Below the pieces are notes generated by a model, which saw nothing but the letters and a program-made list of their open reading frames with translations, searched no databases and had not been told where the DNA came from. A DNA stretch of 64,000 nucleotides from Lama glama (lineage: Eukaryota). This document shows positions 37,673-48,960 of this stretch, in pieces (position 1 is the stretch's first letter; each line of letters opens with the position of its first letter). The stretch spans positions 53,880,001 through 53,944,000 of the forward strand of contig CM052816.1 in the NCBI GenBank assembly GCA_028534125.1. The letters run 5' to 3'. A program made the position numbers and the translations under genes.

Positions 37673-38499
37673 GAAGGAAAGAATGAAAGTTCTTAAGTGT
37701 AAGAGAAGCTACCTTCTCAAAATCTGGCCCAGCACTGGCTGTTCCTGGTGGTTCTGTCTGCTTTTCCCTAAATCCCTGAGAGGGATTCCCTGAGAAAAGT
37801 GAAGAGTCTAAGGACCCAGGAGGAGGCTCTGAGGTAACTAACCAACCTTAAAGGCTGCTTGCCTTTGTCCGGAGACTGACTATATAGAACATTAGTGACC
37901 TTTATTTCATTTGACATAGATCCTCTCACTGTATTGCAAAGTAGTTTACAACCCTGTATAAAATACATCTTTACCAGGAGTTGGTGGAATATAAACAGGA
38001 GGAACATATTATTAGTACCATCCCTCCCATGCACGCCTTACAAAAGGCATTTGCTAAGTTTTGTTATACATAAAAAATGTATTTAGCTACCAAATCTACT
38101 GTCATTGTGGAAAATTGCACAAACCAATATATGTAAGTGAATAATTTTACATGTAGTTAGTGTCTTTTTTGATTAAGAAAGTCTTTTAAAGTACATATTA
38201 GTTATGCAATCATATGTGTCCTGTGTGAAGCTCTGTGAATAGAGACCTGCCAGTTGTTTTGCTAAAATAGCAGAATGCAGCTGTGATTTTTAAAAAATGG
38301 ATGCACTGTCTCTGGAAGAGTTATTTTTGTTTTTTAAAAGAGAGGGATCAAAGTTTACATTTTATTTTGCAAACATAAATTTTTGGAAGGAAGAGCGTTA
38401 GGGCTACACAGATGTGTGGGACACCATGGAGTCCAGGTTGTGTATTGGCTAAAATGTTTCCTGGCTACGACTCTCCAATGTAGTAGCAGATATGTGTGG

Positions 38500-40130
38500 A
38501 AAAGTGGCCACTGAAACCAAACCGGAAGATGCACAACAAAAGAGAAAAATTTTTTCATTATAGTTGTAGTTAGAACCACTGCGGCCAGCCATTTCCACAT
38601 TTAAACTCTTTGGATCTGTAAAGCTCCAAGCAGCCCCACCCCCACCCACCCCTGCCCCCAAGAGATAAAGATCCGCATTTGAAGGAAATAGTTTTAGGAT
38701 CAAACTAGAGTTTGTCCTTGCCTCTTGAAAACAAAATGGAATATTATCTGTCCAAGAAAACACTCCTCGGCAGTATTTTCCTGCAGCGTTGTTTGACTTT
38801 TCAGTGTCTGTGGGCTCGTCCCATCTGTGTTCACCGCTTTGTGGTCTCGTCCGAGCTGCGGGTGGTGGCTTTGAATGGGGCAGCTTCACCAAATCTGCAT
38901 GAAAATTGGGAATTGTCAAAGTAATTTGCCATTTACTGACTCCCTCTCTGTGCCTTTTGTGTTTTGATCAATAAAAACTTAAATCCTTTACCCAGTTTAG
39001 TAACAACCTATTCTGAAGCATTATATTCCCCCTAATCTTTTTGAGTTCTGGTTGTACAGTTATCCATTTTCAATGATATTCATTTTAAAAGGTTAACAAA
39101 CGAGAAACTAAACCAACCATACAAATAACAGCCCAAAGAACACTTTCCAAAATGTGTTGCTGTAGTGCCATTTCAAATTTAATATTCATGCAGAGAAAAG
39201 CTAAAGGCCACCAAACCAGGTGGATAAAATAGTACTGCATTTTATGACTCGTTCTTAAATGCAATCTCTTAAATATTGCTAATGAAGCCAGCTCTCCCAC
39301 ACAGCCTTGTCGGGCGCCCTTTCTAGGCTGGTTCAGTTCCATTTCCCTGTCTAGCAATTTGCCCCAGGCCCCTATTAAATGAATTATCACGGCCCCTAAA
39401 TCATCTCTGCGGGGGTTTCCTCTAATCCCATCAAGACACTTAACACTCCTTTTCTTCCCTCCTGGTGACATAATGAATTATTATTTCATGGGGAGCCGTT
39501 AAAGAGGCCCCTTTGGAGGAGTGGAATGTGAGCGGGGTGGGGGCGGAGGTGGGGAGCCGGGCGGTGAGGAAGCGGGATGGGTACCAGCGCCTGGGCTGCT
39601 GCCTGGGGCCTGATGGGGACAAAGCCCCACGGCCACCAACTGCCCTCCCGGCCTCTCACCCTGGGGCTCGAGGTAGGTTCTCCTCGGACAGCCACCCACT
39701 GCGGGGTGGCCCCCTGCGCCCGCCCCCAGGGAGTGGCTCTGGAAGCCCAGGAACGCAGGGCAAAGAGAGAATATAAATGTTTTCCTTAACTGGAGGAAAC
39801 GCTGCACTCACAAACCACTTGCGGAATAGATTAAGCTAATTTATTAAACACAGTTTGCCTGGTGACTGAGCTGAGCTGAGTAATGATTTACTTTTTTTTT
39901 TCTTTTGAAAAACATTAGTGAGAGGAAGTCAGGGGCCACTGCGGCCCTAATCATGGGGCCATGGCTGGGGAGGGCGCCCCGTGGCTGGATTTGGGGCCAA
40001 GGATGGACCTAAGAGCACAGCTTAGCTTTGCAGCCCAGCCTCCGCTGGCCAACTGTGTGCGGGAGGGGGCTGGGCCTCCGGGGAGGCACCTCGAGTTTCA
40101 GGCGTGGAGACCCCGGTTCCCAAGCAGAGG
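38500..40130. promoter_or_regulatory. Homeodomain-motif-rich block followed by a CpG-rich patch (second enhancer + orphan CpG island module)
   Basis: TAATCC (39423-39428), TAAT-GA-ATTA (39471-39480) and TAAT-TT-ATTA (39837-39846). GC/CpG-rich at 39490-39760 and 39930-40130. Confidence 0.55.
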
Positions 40131-40272
40131 TCAGGGTATTTTTCTCATCTTATTCTGAAGGAGCTCAGGCCGCTCCACACATACCAGTGCTGGACCTTCT
40201 TTTGAGAGTGAAGTAAGGTTAAACACTTTTTTTGGACATTCTGGAAACGTCATACTGGAGGACACGTCTGTG

Positions 40273-41081
40273 CAGTGGTGGTTCTCAACGGTGTTCCCTG
40301 CAGACAACCTTCTTTTTATCCTAAATATGTTGTAATACCTCTTTCACTCTCCCGCAGTGAAAAGTCTTGGGTAATAGCACCTACTGAAATACATCATACA
40401 AAAAGAAAGATAGAAAAAGAAAACAAACAAAAAGATAGGAAGGGAGGGAGGGAGGGAGGGAGGGAAAACTATAATGGGGGGAAAAAAAGGAAAAAATAAC
40501 AAGAAATAAAATATAATAAAATATAATAAAATACATGTTTCTCCTTCATGATAACACGAGAATAAAGTAGTCAAGTGCTTACATCACTTTATAACAAACA
40601 CATTTTAATTTAAGGGAAAACTATTCAATTCACTGTTGTTGATTTTTTTTTAAATATCTGACTTTTTGAAATAAGGGCTAAATAAATATATTTGCTCATT
40701 TATTTAGGATCATCCCCAAAGTAACACTTGTGCATGTGGACTGTCGGAGATGTTGTTGGGGGAACTTCACATCCACTGGTTGTGCCATGGTCAGTGACAT
40801 GATTTTCCAGAGTGGTGAGTGACTCTTCATATAGCTGCACACAAAACTGTACATAGTCACTGTATATCTGGAAAATTCAGAGTATGTTAAAACTGTAAAA
40901 ATACTTTGTGTTTATATGTAAACTGGAGTTAGAGAAAATTTATTAAAGGCTTTTCCACCTGGAGGTGAAAAAGTGGTATGTAATGGAACACTTGACAGTT
41001 TTATGAGGGACCTCGGATGATTCTTTGGGTGGAAATGCATTGTCTTCTGGGAGGTGGCACTACCTCCTGTGAGACACACTG
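40273..41081. mobile_element. Possible hAT/Charlie-type DNA transposon remnant with an internal (AGGG)6 and A-rich expansion
   Basis: Left end CAGTGGTGGTTCTCAA and right end GTGAGACACACTG resemble Charlie-family TIRs (CAGTGGTTCTCAA). Internal identity not established. Confidence 0.35.
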
Positions 41082-41264
41082 TTCTGGAGCGTTAGTTTTT
41101 AAATTTCCTTGAATTATTATTTCACGGAAACCAGATATTTTGTGTCTGAAGCTAGAGGGTTTGCTGGTCTCTTGAAACACATTCATGAACCCTGTATTCC
41201 CTTCCTCCCTGTTATTCATGTTTTCTGGATTATGGACCCTTGCTCTACAATGGGAACTGAGAAG

Positions 41265-41710
41265 TCAGAATCATAGACTTGGGGAGAACTTTGCCTGGAC
41301 TCTCTGAGGGAGTCCTTCAGCGATAGCTCATCCAAGTTTCCAAATACCATATTCGAGTTTTGGGTTCACTTGGGTCCTCTGCAGAAAAATGGCCTTCCTT
41401 GCTCTGAGAGTGGACCTGAAATTACCTTAGCTTCTAGGGCAGCTCCAGCATACTGTTCACTCCTACTGAACTTGTGGGCAATGAAAGCCCCGAATCTAGT
41501 CTCCTTGTTCTCAGTAAGATGTTCTACCTCTACACGCTGGTAGTTAATTTTTGGTATCTAGGTGTAGGGCTTTACGTTAACACCTGTGAAACGCTTTCTT
41601 ATTAGTGTGGATCCTCATCCAGCCTGTCTAGCTAGCTGTTTTGGGGTACCAATTTAATCTTTGATTCTATGAGCTTTCCCCTCTAGTTTTGTGTCATCTG
41701 CTTGTCAAAA
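41265..41710 (-). mobile_element. L3/CR1 LINE remnant
   Basis: CAGAATCATAGA-like tail at the left end; AGGGCTTTACGTTAACACCTGTGAAA..TCCAGCCTGTCTAG resembles the CR1 RT 3' region in reverse. Confidence 0.5.
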
Positions 41711-42859
41711 TATTAGAGCTAATCATTATGAAAAGAAAAACCAAGAGGCCTCCTTTGCCAATACTGCATCACTAGTAATAACACCATGTAAGTATGTTAG
41801 CCTTTTCCCATATGTGCATTAATAGTCCCATTACACGAGTGTGTACATTCCTGTGTATGAAGCTTGAAGCAATAAGGCAGTGGACTTTAAAATGTTGTGT
41901 CTTCATTTGTTTTCTTTTTTATTAGAAAAGTTTGATATGTGTTTTAAGGATCTTTTAGAAGATTGATATTCTCTGTTCTCTATGCTGGAATTTTGTTAAT
42001 TCTAAAAATAATATTATACCAAATTAAAATAATTTTCAAAAGAAATTCCCTGCAACCCTACCATTCTAACATAATGGTTTTCATTTTTCCATGTCCCTTT
42101 CTCTATCTTCTAGTTTTTGTCCAAGTCTTTACATATTGCTTGCCCAGTTTTCTACATCTCTTTTCTCATTCCCTGTTAGGAATGGATCTTAACCTGTATT
42201 TATTCTTAGGCAAAGTGAATTAAAACAGACAATAAAGGACCTTCAAATGAACAGCTTTGCCTAAGCAAGCTGAAAAGCTAAAATTTTTGTAGGCCTTTAA
42301 AAAAAAAAGTATTGCTGTAGCAGTGACGTGGGACTATCACATTAATTTAGCAGCTCACTTAAAAAATATCCTTACACATTTACGTAAGTCAAAAGTATAA
42401 GCGGGTGATAGGTTCTTGAGCTGCTGGTTTCGGAAGTCCTGAAATTGGGATTCGGAACACTTTGGTTTGGGAGACACCGGCGTGAATTCTGTGGCTTGAA
42501 TTCTGCTAGGGAGCAGGTCGAGGGGGTGGAAGAGGTGGGGGAGAGGCCGTCCAGATTCATCTCTGGCCATGGAGGCCTCAGGGCCAAGTGTGCTGGGGCA
42601 GCTGGGAGGTCACATCCTCATTTGAAGTTCTTTACTTCTGTTCCTGTCCCTGTGATGTTCCCACCTCTGGATTAGTGAGATTTTTTTCTGGGGACCCAGG
42701 TGGCATTGCTACAGTCTGAATGTTTTGTCCATAGCCTGAGAAAGCCTCAACTTAAGTTTGATTTACAATTGATACCTGCTCTTCTGTCCTCTTATGCTAA
42801 GTATTGGACAGAACATCTTCACTGGGAATAGTCTTCGTGTTTTAGAAACTAGAGAATGA

Positions 42860-43055
42860 TGATGGCACCATTACTGGGCATTTTATATATGACAGGCTGT
42901 GTACCCTTCTTATGCTTCTTAACATTCCTACAAGGTTAGATTCATCATGTTCACTTTAGATATGAGAAATACACAGAGAGGTTAAGTGTCTTACCCAAAA
43001 CACAGGTTGGCCTATTTTCACAGCCCAAATTCGTTTCACTACATGACACTCTGTG
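42860..43055 (+). mobile_element. MIR SINE remnant
   Basis: CATTACTGGGCATTTTATATATGACAGGC..CACTTTAGATATGAGAAATACACAGAGAGGTTAAGTGTCTTACCCAA. Confidence 0.65.
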
Positions 43056-46000
43056 TCCATTTGAAACTATATAAATTTGAGCAGTATAAAATGACATCAC
43101 CAGATCCTAAGCTTTATCTCTCTTTAGGAAGTGAAGGTGAGGAGAGAAGCCTTGCATGGCTGCTCCGAGTAACTTCTCCCCAGATAAATGCACGAGGTGT
43201 TCCTGAAACAAGCGAAGGGCAGAGGCTTGAAAACATAGCAGCAGGGAATGACCCTAAAACAATGAAGCTCAAGAGACAAGTTTGGCATATTTGCAGGACG
43301 TAAGATGTCAGACTCAAAATACACAAGTTGTAGCACAGAATCTGTCACCACACCACTGGGCGACAACAATTCAGTTTGGAAGTAAATTCCTCCTTAGGCT
43401 GCATCAATGTTTGATGAATGAATACATGGTGATTCTTTGAAGCAGCTAAGAGTCCTTTATGAGAGAAAAAGAAAACCTGATCTCGTTTAGCATATTTAGA
43501 TGCTTTTGAGCCTTTGAATGGTAACAGTCAAGTCATTTATGCTTTCTGACCAAAGAGTGATCTTTGCCAAGCCCAGAAATTGTTGGCTTAAGGTACATTC
43601 TTGATAATGTCAAGTAGGATATAGGGCAACCAGGTTCACAATTGAATAAATGGTAAGGTTTGAAATGTTCCCTGCTCTTGACGTAAAAATGTTTGGCTAA
43701 GGTCTGTTTGAAGGTGGCCTCATCTGTAAACTGAGTGCCTGCCCTCAGGTAGCTCTGATCCCATGAATTCAAGACTTGACATAGGCAACAGTGCTGCTGT
43801 GGCCCCTAGAAATACCAAGCATATTCCTGAAGACCAACCCTAGACAACAAGCAGGACACCTTCTAGACATTGGTTACAGCATGGTTACCGCATTACCAGA
43901 TCTTCTCAGGTCTAGGTGGCAGGGGCTGCTCTCATTGTCTTGGGGTGTGAAGACATCAGAACTTCAGGACAAATTGGACTCTGATTCCATGGATCTTCAG
44001 AAACCCTCTTCAAGGGAATCTGGAGATCTAAAATATTTTCTTCCAGCAAGCTAGGTCAGTTTGCTCAGTTCTGCAGTCCACAAGAAGGAAAAGACTGTGG
44101 GTCTGGTCAGAAAACCCAGGACATTTCAATGTCCTGATGATTTATTACCAGGGCAAATAGAAATGTTGCAGACCACGATATCATTTATCATGTAATTACG
44201 TATCTTTCTGGGAGATAATGTACATGACCACAGTAGCAATCGAGAGCTATCCTGTCTCTGGTCTCAGTTTCCTTGCCTGCAGTGGGAGAGGCTTGGGCAG
44301 GATGGCCTCTGAATCTTGAAGGTGTTTTGCAGCCCTTACTTTGAGAGTCTGTAGATATATGAGGTGGTGTGGCTCTTACACAGAAGTGGCCTTCTTGAGC
44401 TGTGCTGTCATTGGTACCACCTCCCATCTGTGCCACGTGGCTGCTTTAGGGTGATTGCTATGATTATTAAGGTAACGTATGTAAACCTCTGAGCAGGAAA
44501 TCTCAACCTCTATTAGCTATTACAGTTATTATTAGGATCCCTTATTATAATAGCTTTTTTGCTTATTTCCCTCCTTGTCCCCCATCTCTCCTTGTTTACT
44601 TCCACATTTACTCCTATCACACAAACTATCTTCAAGAGTTAAACTTTAAAGGAACTGGTAATGAGGGACCGCCAATCTCAGGTCTAAGAATGAGCAATCC
44701 TAGGACCTAATCCTAGATCTTGCTAGGATCAAAGACAATTACAGCCGCAATTTTTTACCATTCAGTGTACATGAATCTATTGCCCCGTCAAGCCACATAC
44801 ATGGGTTGGGATGTTATGTTACAGAGATGTTTAGGGACAGATATTGCGTTCAGATATCTTCATTTTTCTGTGTAGAGCAAGAAGGATTTGCTCTTAAATT
44901 ATTCTCTCTGAGGAGGACTACTGTTTGGGCAAGGCTTGTGGGATTTTTTTCTGTGTGTGTGATGATATTAGGAAAACACAATATGTTGTCAGGCTTCCTC
45001 CTTTTCTGACGTAAGTGTTTTCTACTTAGGCTACCAGAGGTTAAATAAATATCCCTGTGAACAAGCTCTTTAAAACATTTATGTTTTCTCTTTCCTGCGT
45101 ACCTAAGCAAACCTTAACTAATATCATTCAAAATTGCCCAGTCCATGTCCAGGCTGCCAAGGCAGAGTCAGAGTTCATGGTGCCATGTCATGTTGCCATG
45201 TCATGAGACGTGGACAGCACCCTTCCCAGTCTAGAAGGTGTCCTGCTTGGTCCCTGGGCACTTCATGAAGCCCTCTTTTTTCCCCCATTTGCTCTGCAAA
45301 TCGACTTCATCGGCACCATCTCCTCCTGGAACCAGGTTTCTTTGAAACAGAAAACTGGGAAAACAATCATGAGTCCCTGATGTCCTCCACTTTTTTCTTA
45401 CAGACCAAAATATCAGCTACTTGCTGTAGTGCATGTATGAGCCATCTAATTGCATGTATAATAGAATGTTCTAATTAATAGTCTCCAGACCCCTTCACAG
45501 AATGTGGTGTTAGTTATTTCTGTGATACAAATGCAAGAAATCAGAGAACTAGTCCTGCAGAATGAGAGAAATGAGAAACAAAATCTCAGGTGTTTAGTCT
45601 GAGCCACTCATTAAGTCATTCTCTTCCCTTGTTTTAGTGCTGCTGTGGCAACAATGGAATGCTTTTCCCCTTTCTGCTTTTAGCCTCATTTACCAAAAAT
45701 GCTGTGGATTTATGGTCCTTTAATGTTTGTCCACAGGGAATGCTGCTCCTTTCTCTCCTTTGTTTTAGAGAGGTGCTCTCACCACTGTTCAATGAACATT
45801 GTTCTTTGTAGGTGGAAATGAGGATAATAAAACCTGCAAACTCAATGTGGTGGACTTGGGGTGCACCACCCAGAGCCTCCTTTTAAGACTGAGGCTGCTG
45901 GGCGAGTTAGTTGCTGAAGGCTCTCAGTCAAATCCTTCTCTAGGAATTGTCATCTGCTAACGAGAGCTGCTTTGCCCAAAGTCACACTCCCTTCTAGGGT

Positions 46001-46066
46001 CAGTCCGATGACTGGTCAGTGTGATGTACAAGGGGAACAGCTCTGCAGGACCATCTGGCTTCAGAA

Positions 46067-46566
46067 NNNNNNNNNNNNNNNNNNNNNNNNNNNNNNNNNN
46101 NNNNNNNNNNNNNNNNNNNNNNNNNNNNNNNNNNNNNNNNNNNNNNNNNNNNNNNNNNNNNNNNNNNNNNNNNNNNNNNNNNNNNNNNNNNNNNNNNNNN
46201 NNNNNNNNNNNNNNNNNNNNNNNNNNNNNNNNNNNNNNNNNNNNNNNNNNNNNNNNNNNNNNNNNNNNNNNNNNNNNNNNNNNNNNNNNNNNNNNNNNNN
46301 NNNNNNNNNNNNNNNNNNNNNNNNNNNNNNNNNNNNNNNNNNNNNNNNNNNNNNNNNNNNNNNNNNNNNNNNNNNNNNNNNNNNNNNNNNNNNNNNNNNN
46401 NNNNNNNNNNNNNNNNNNNNNNNNNNNNNNNNNNNNNNNNNNNNNNNNNNNNNNNNNNNNNNNNNNNNNNNNNNNNNNNNNNNNNNNNNNNNNNNNNNNN
46501 NNNNNNNNNNNNNNNNNNNNNNNNNNNNNNNNNNNNNNNNNNNNNNNNNNNNNNNNNNNNNNNNNN
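46067..46566. other. Assembly gap (exactly 500 N)
   Basis: Run of N from 46067 to 46566. Confidence 1.
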
Positions 46567-46668
46567 GCTTAATTAATTTATTTATTTTTAATGGAAGTAC
46601 GAGGGATTGAACCTAGGACCTCATGCATGCTAGGCATGCACTCTACCACTGAGCTATACCCTCCCCCC
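46567..46668 (-). mobile_element. tRNA-Ala-derived camelid SINE (vic-1 type), tail truncated by the gap
   Basis: Minus strand GGGAGGGTATAGCTCAGTGGTAGAGTGCATGCCTAGCATGCATGAGGTCCTAGGTTCAATCCC... with A box, B box and an (AAAT)n tail. Confidence 0.9.
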
Positions 46669-47029
46669 AAAATACTTAGTGATTGAGGCAGTCACCTTAT
46701 CATGGGCACTGGGGCTGAGGGGGATAGAGGAATGAAGGAAAAACAAGGGAGTTTCTGGTGAGAAAACTAAGGTACCAATGAGGTTTGCCCCATGCGAACA
46801 CCTCACTGGGACTGCAAATTTTAGAACTTTTTCTTCAAAGTATTTATCTTATAATAATATTCAGTGACTATTTCATTCAACACATAATTATAACAAGAAT
46901 AATCACAATTGATCTTTATTAAGGCAGGATATATATATACATATAAAAATAGGGAATAAGCCCCCTTTTCCCTTAAAAACAGACCTTTACCGGAACTCTT
47001 TAGAAATTTATCTATATAAGTTACATCTC

Positions 47030-47400
47030 AAAATGTTATTATTATAAATAAAAATCAAACAATGTAAAAGTATATAAATTAAAAAGTTAAAATCCCCTTC
47101 TCAGGGATAGCCACTGTTCTCAGTTTGCTTTCAGACTCTTTTCTAAGGGTGCTATAGTTATTCTTGGACATATGCACATATGTGGGATGTCTTTCAATGT
47201 TTTTTTCTTGTGTTCTTATATTAATAGGATCATACTATATAGATTGTTTTGTAAGTTACACTGTTTTACTTAACAATGTTTTATTAATACCCTTTGAAAC
47301 CTACTTAATTCAAACCACGCTACAGTATTCCCAACCACTATATTAGAATTAAATGTGATGTTACATTGAACCTATGTATGTTAGTTATTCTTGGGCATCA
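47030..47400 (-). mobile_element. Ancient L1 (L1ME-like) fragment
   Basis: CAGGGATAGCCACTGTT, AATAGGATCATACTATATA..TTTTACTTAACAAT. Confidence 0.5.
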
Positions 47401-47749
47401 TACTGCTTATCTAAGTGAAATAAATTAACTATTTCAGCTTTTTAACAAATTTTTGTTTTTCTCAAAATGCAGAGAATTACATTTTTTTCCTTTTCTTTTC
47501 AGACTGATTCAGTGAAGTCTGACTTCAAAAATAATCTTTTAAAAACTATCCAAGAAAAATTAAATCTTGTTCTAATTCTTTCTCAAAGTGACCTCAGTGT
47601 TATCCTGCCTTTTCCACAGATGTGTGTTTAAATAAAATAGACAGGGGAAAAAACTAGTTTCAACCACTCAATTTTTATTTATTTGTTTCCAAATCCAAGT
47701 GGCCTTTTCTTAGCAGCAAAGGTCTTCTCTCCTGCCCCATCACTGGTCT

Positions 47750-48960
47750 GTAAAGTAAATTGCAAAAAGCTACCAAAGTCTGGCTACATCCTCATAGTGA
47801 CTGTTTAAACCCATTACTTTCTCTTTTAATCAAATCACTGTTGTGTCAAAATATACGATTCTCGCCATGAATCTCCCTGGCTTGTTACAGGTCACCGGTT
47901 GCACCTTGAAAATGTTTGCTCTCCTAAGTGTCTTCTCTCCAGCCTCCAGCTAAATTGCTCCAGACCAAGCCTGATCATTTTTCTATACACATAGACCTCT
48001 AATTAATATAAACATAATGGCAACGAGAGCCTGTACGTTACAAAGAGAGGAAGGGAAGGTGCCTGGTCAATAGGTATGTGGTCAGCAGATACATCATTTG
48101 GGTTGTGGCCAAATGAGCATTTAGGCAGATATAAACATTCAAATTATATTAAGGGGGGAAAAAACAAACCCTAAAAATTCCTATCCTTGAATTACTGAGA
48201 GATTTCAGCCCTCATTCTTTTCTGCTGTAAGAAATATTTTATATAAAGCCGCCAGAGGGCGAGTAAAGGAAATAGTAATTATGTTTAAACAGCCAGCACT
48301 TCACTAACATAAAATATTTGTACAGGCTCTTAAACATGAAGTTAAGTGCCAGAGGCTATTTTCATTGTTTAATGTATTAAGTAAATAAAAATGTATCTAA
48401 GATGTGGACACACAATTAGTTTTGAGTTATTTATCCTGGAGTTTGTATGGTTTAGAAAAACTCCATCTTCTTGGCTGCTGCTGTCCTAATGCATTTAACT
48501 TCAGCCATCAGCTATGATTAAACACCTGCTGTTGTGGGGAAACAAAGCACACTAATCCAATATGTATTTCTGACATCTTAAATATCACCCAGTCCCCTGA
48601 CATCAGGCACAGCTTTTCAGCGGGATGGAATTCCAGAGCATATTTTTCTAATTTATGGATGGACAATAAATCAAAATTAAGCCTTGGGCAATGAAATATA
48701 CATCAGTGCGGAATGAACTGACTGCAAACGAGGACCCTGCACAACCGAGGGAAAGGATATATTAATGGAATCCTAAGCTGCAAACACTGAAGTGAAAATT
48801 AAGGAAGTTTATTTCACATTTTGTCCTTATAAAACCAAAAAGCAGACAGAAAATAAAAAGTTTTTTTTTCCCCATGCACAACACTGGAGAAGCACGTTTA
48901 GATTTTTTTTTTAAGTCATTGCTTCTAAATGCTTGCATGTGGGTAATTAAAAACCCAGTC
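47750..48960. promoter_or_regulatory. Candidate conserved non-coding block containing a CTCF-like motif
   Basis: CCGCCAGAGGGCGA (48249-48262), TAAT-GT-ATTA (48370-48379), CTAATCC, CTAATTTATGG and GGTAATTAA; repeat-free. Confidence 0.45.

Noticed and set aside
45972..46610. 183-212 aa ORFs containing X runs
   Set aside because: Artefact of translating the 500-N gap.
46590..46668. Apparent tRNA-Ala(AGC) genes (also at ~10312-10389 and ~51970-52046)
   Set aside because: A-rich tails, TSDs and stem-breaking substitutions identify them as tRNA-derived SINEs, not functional tRNAs.
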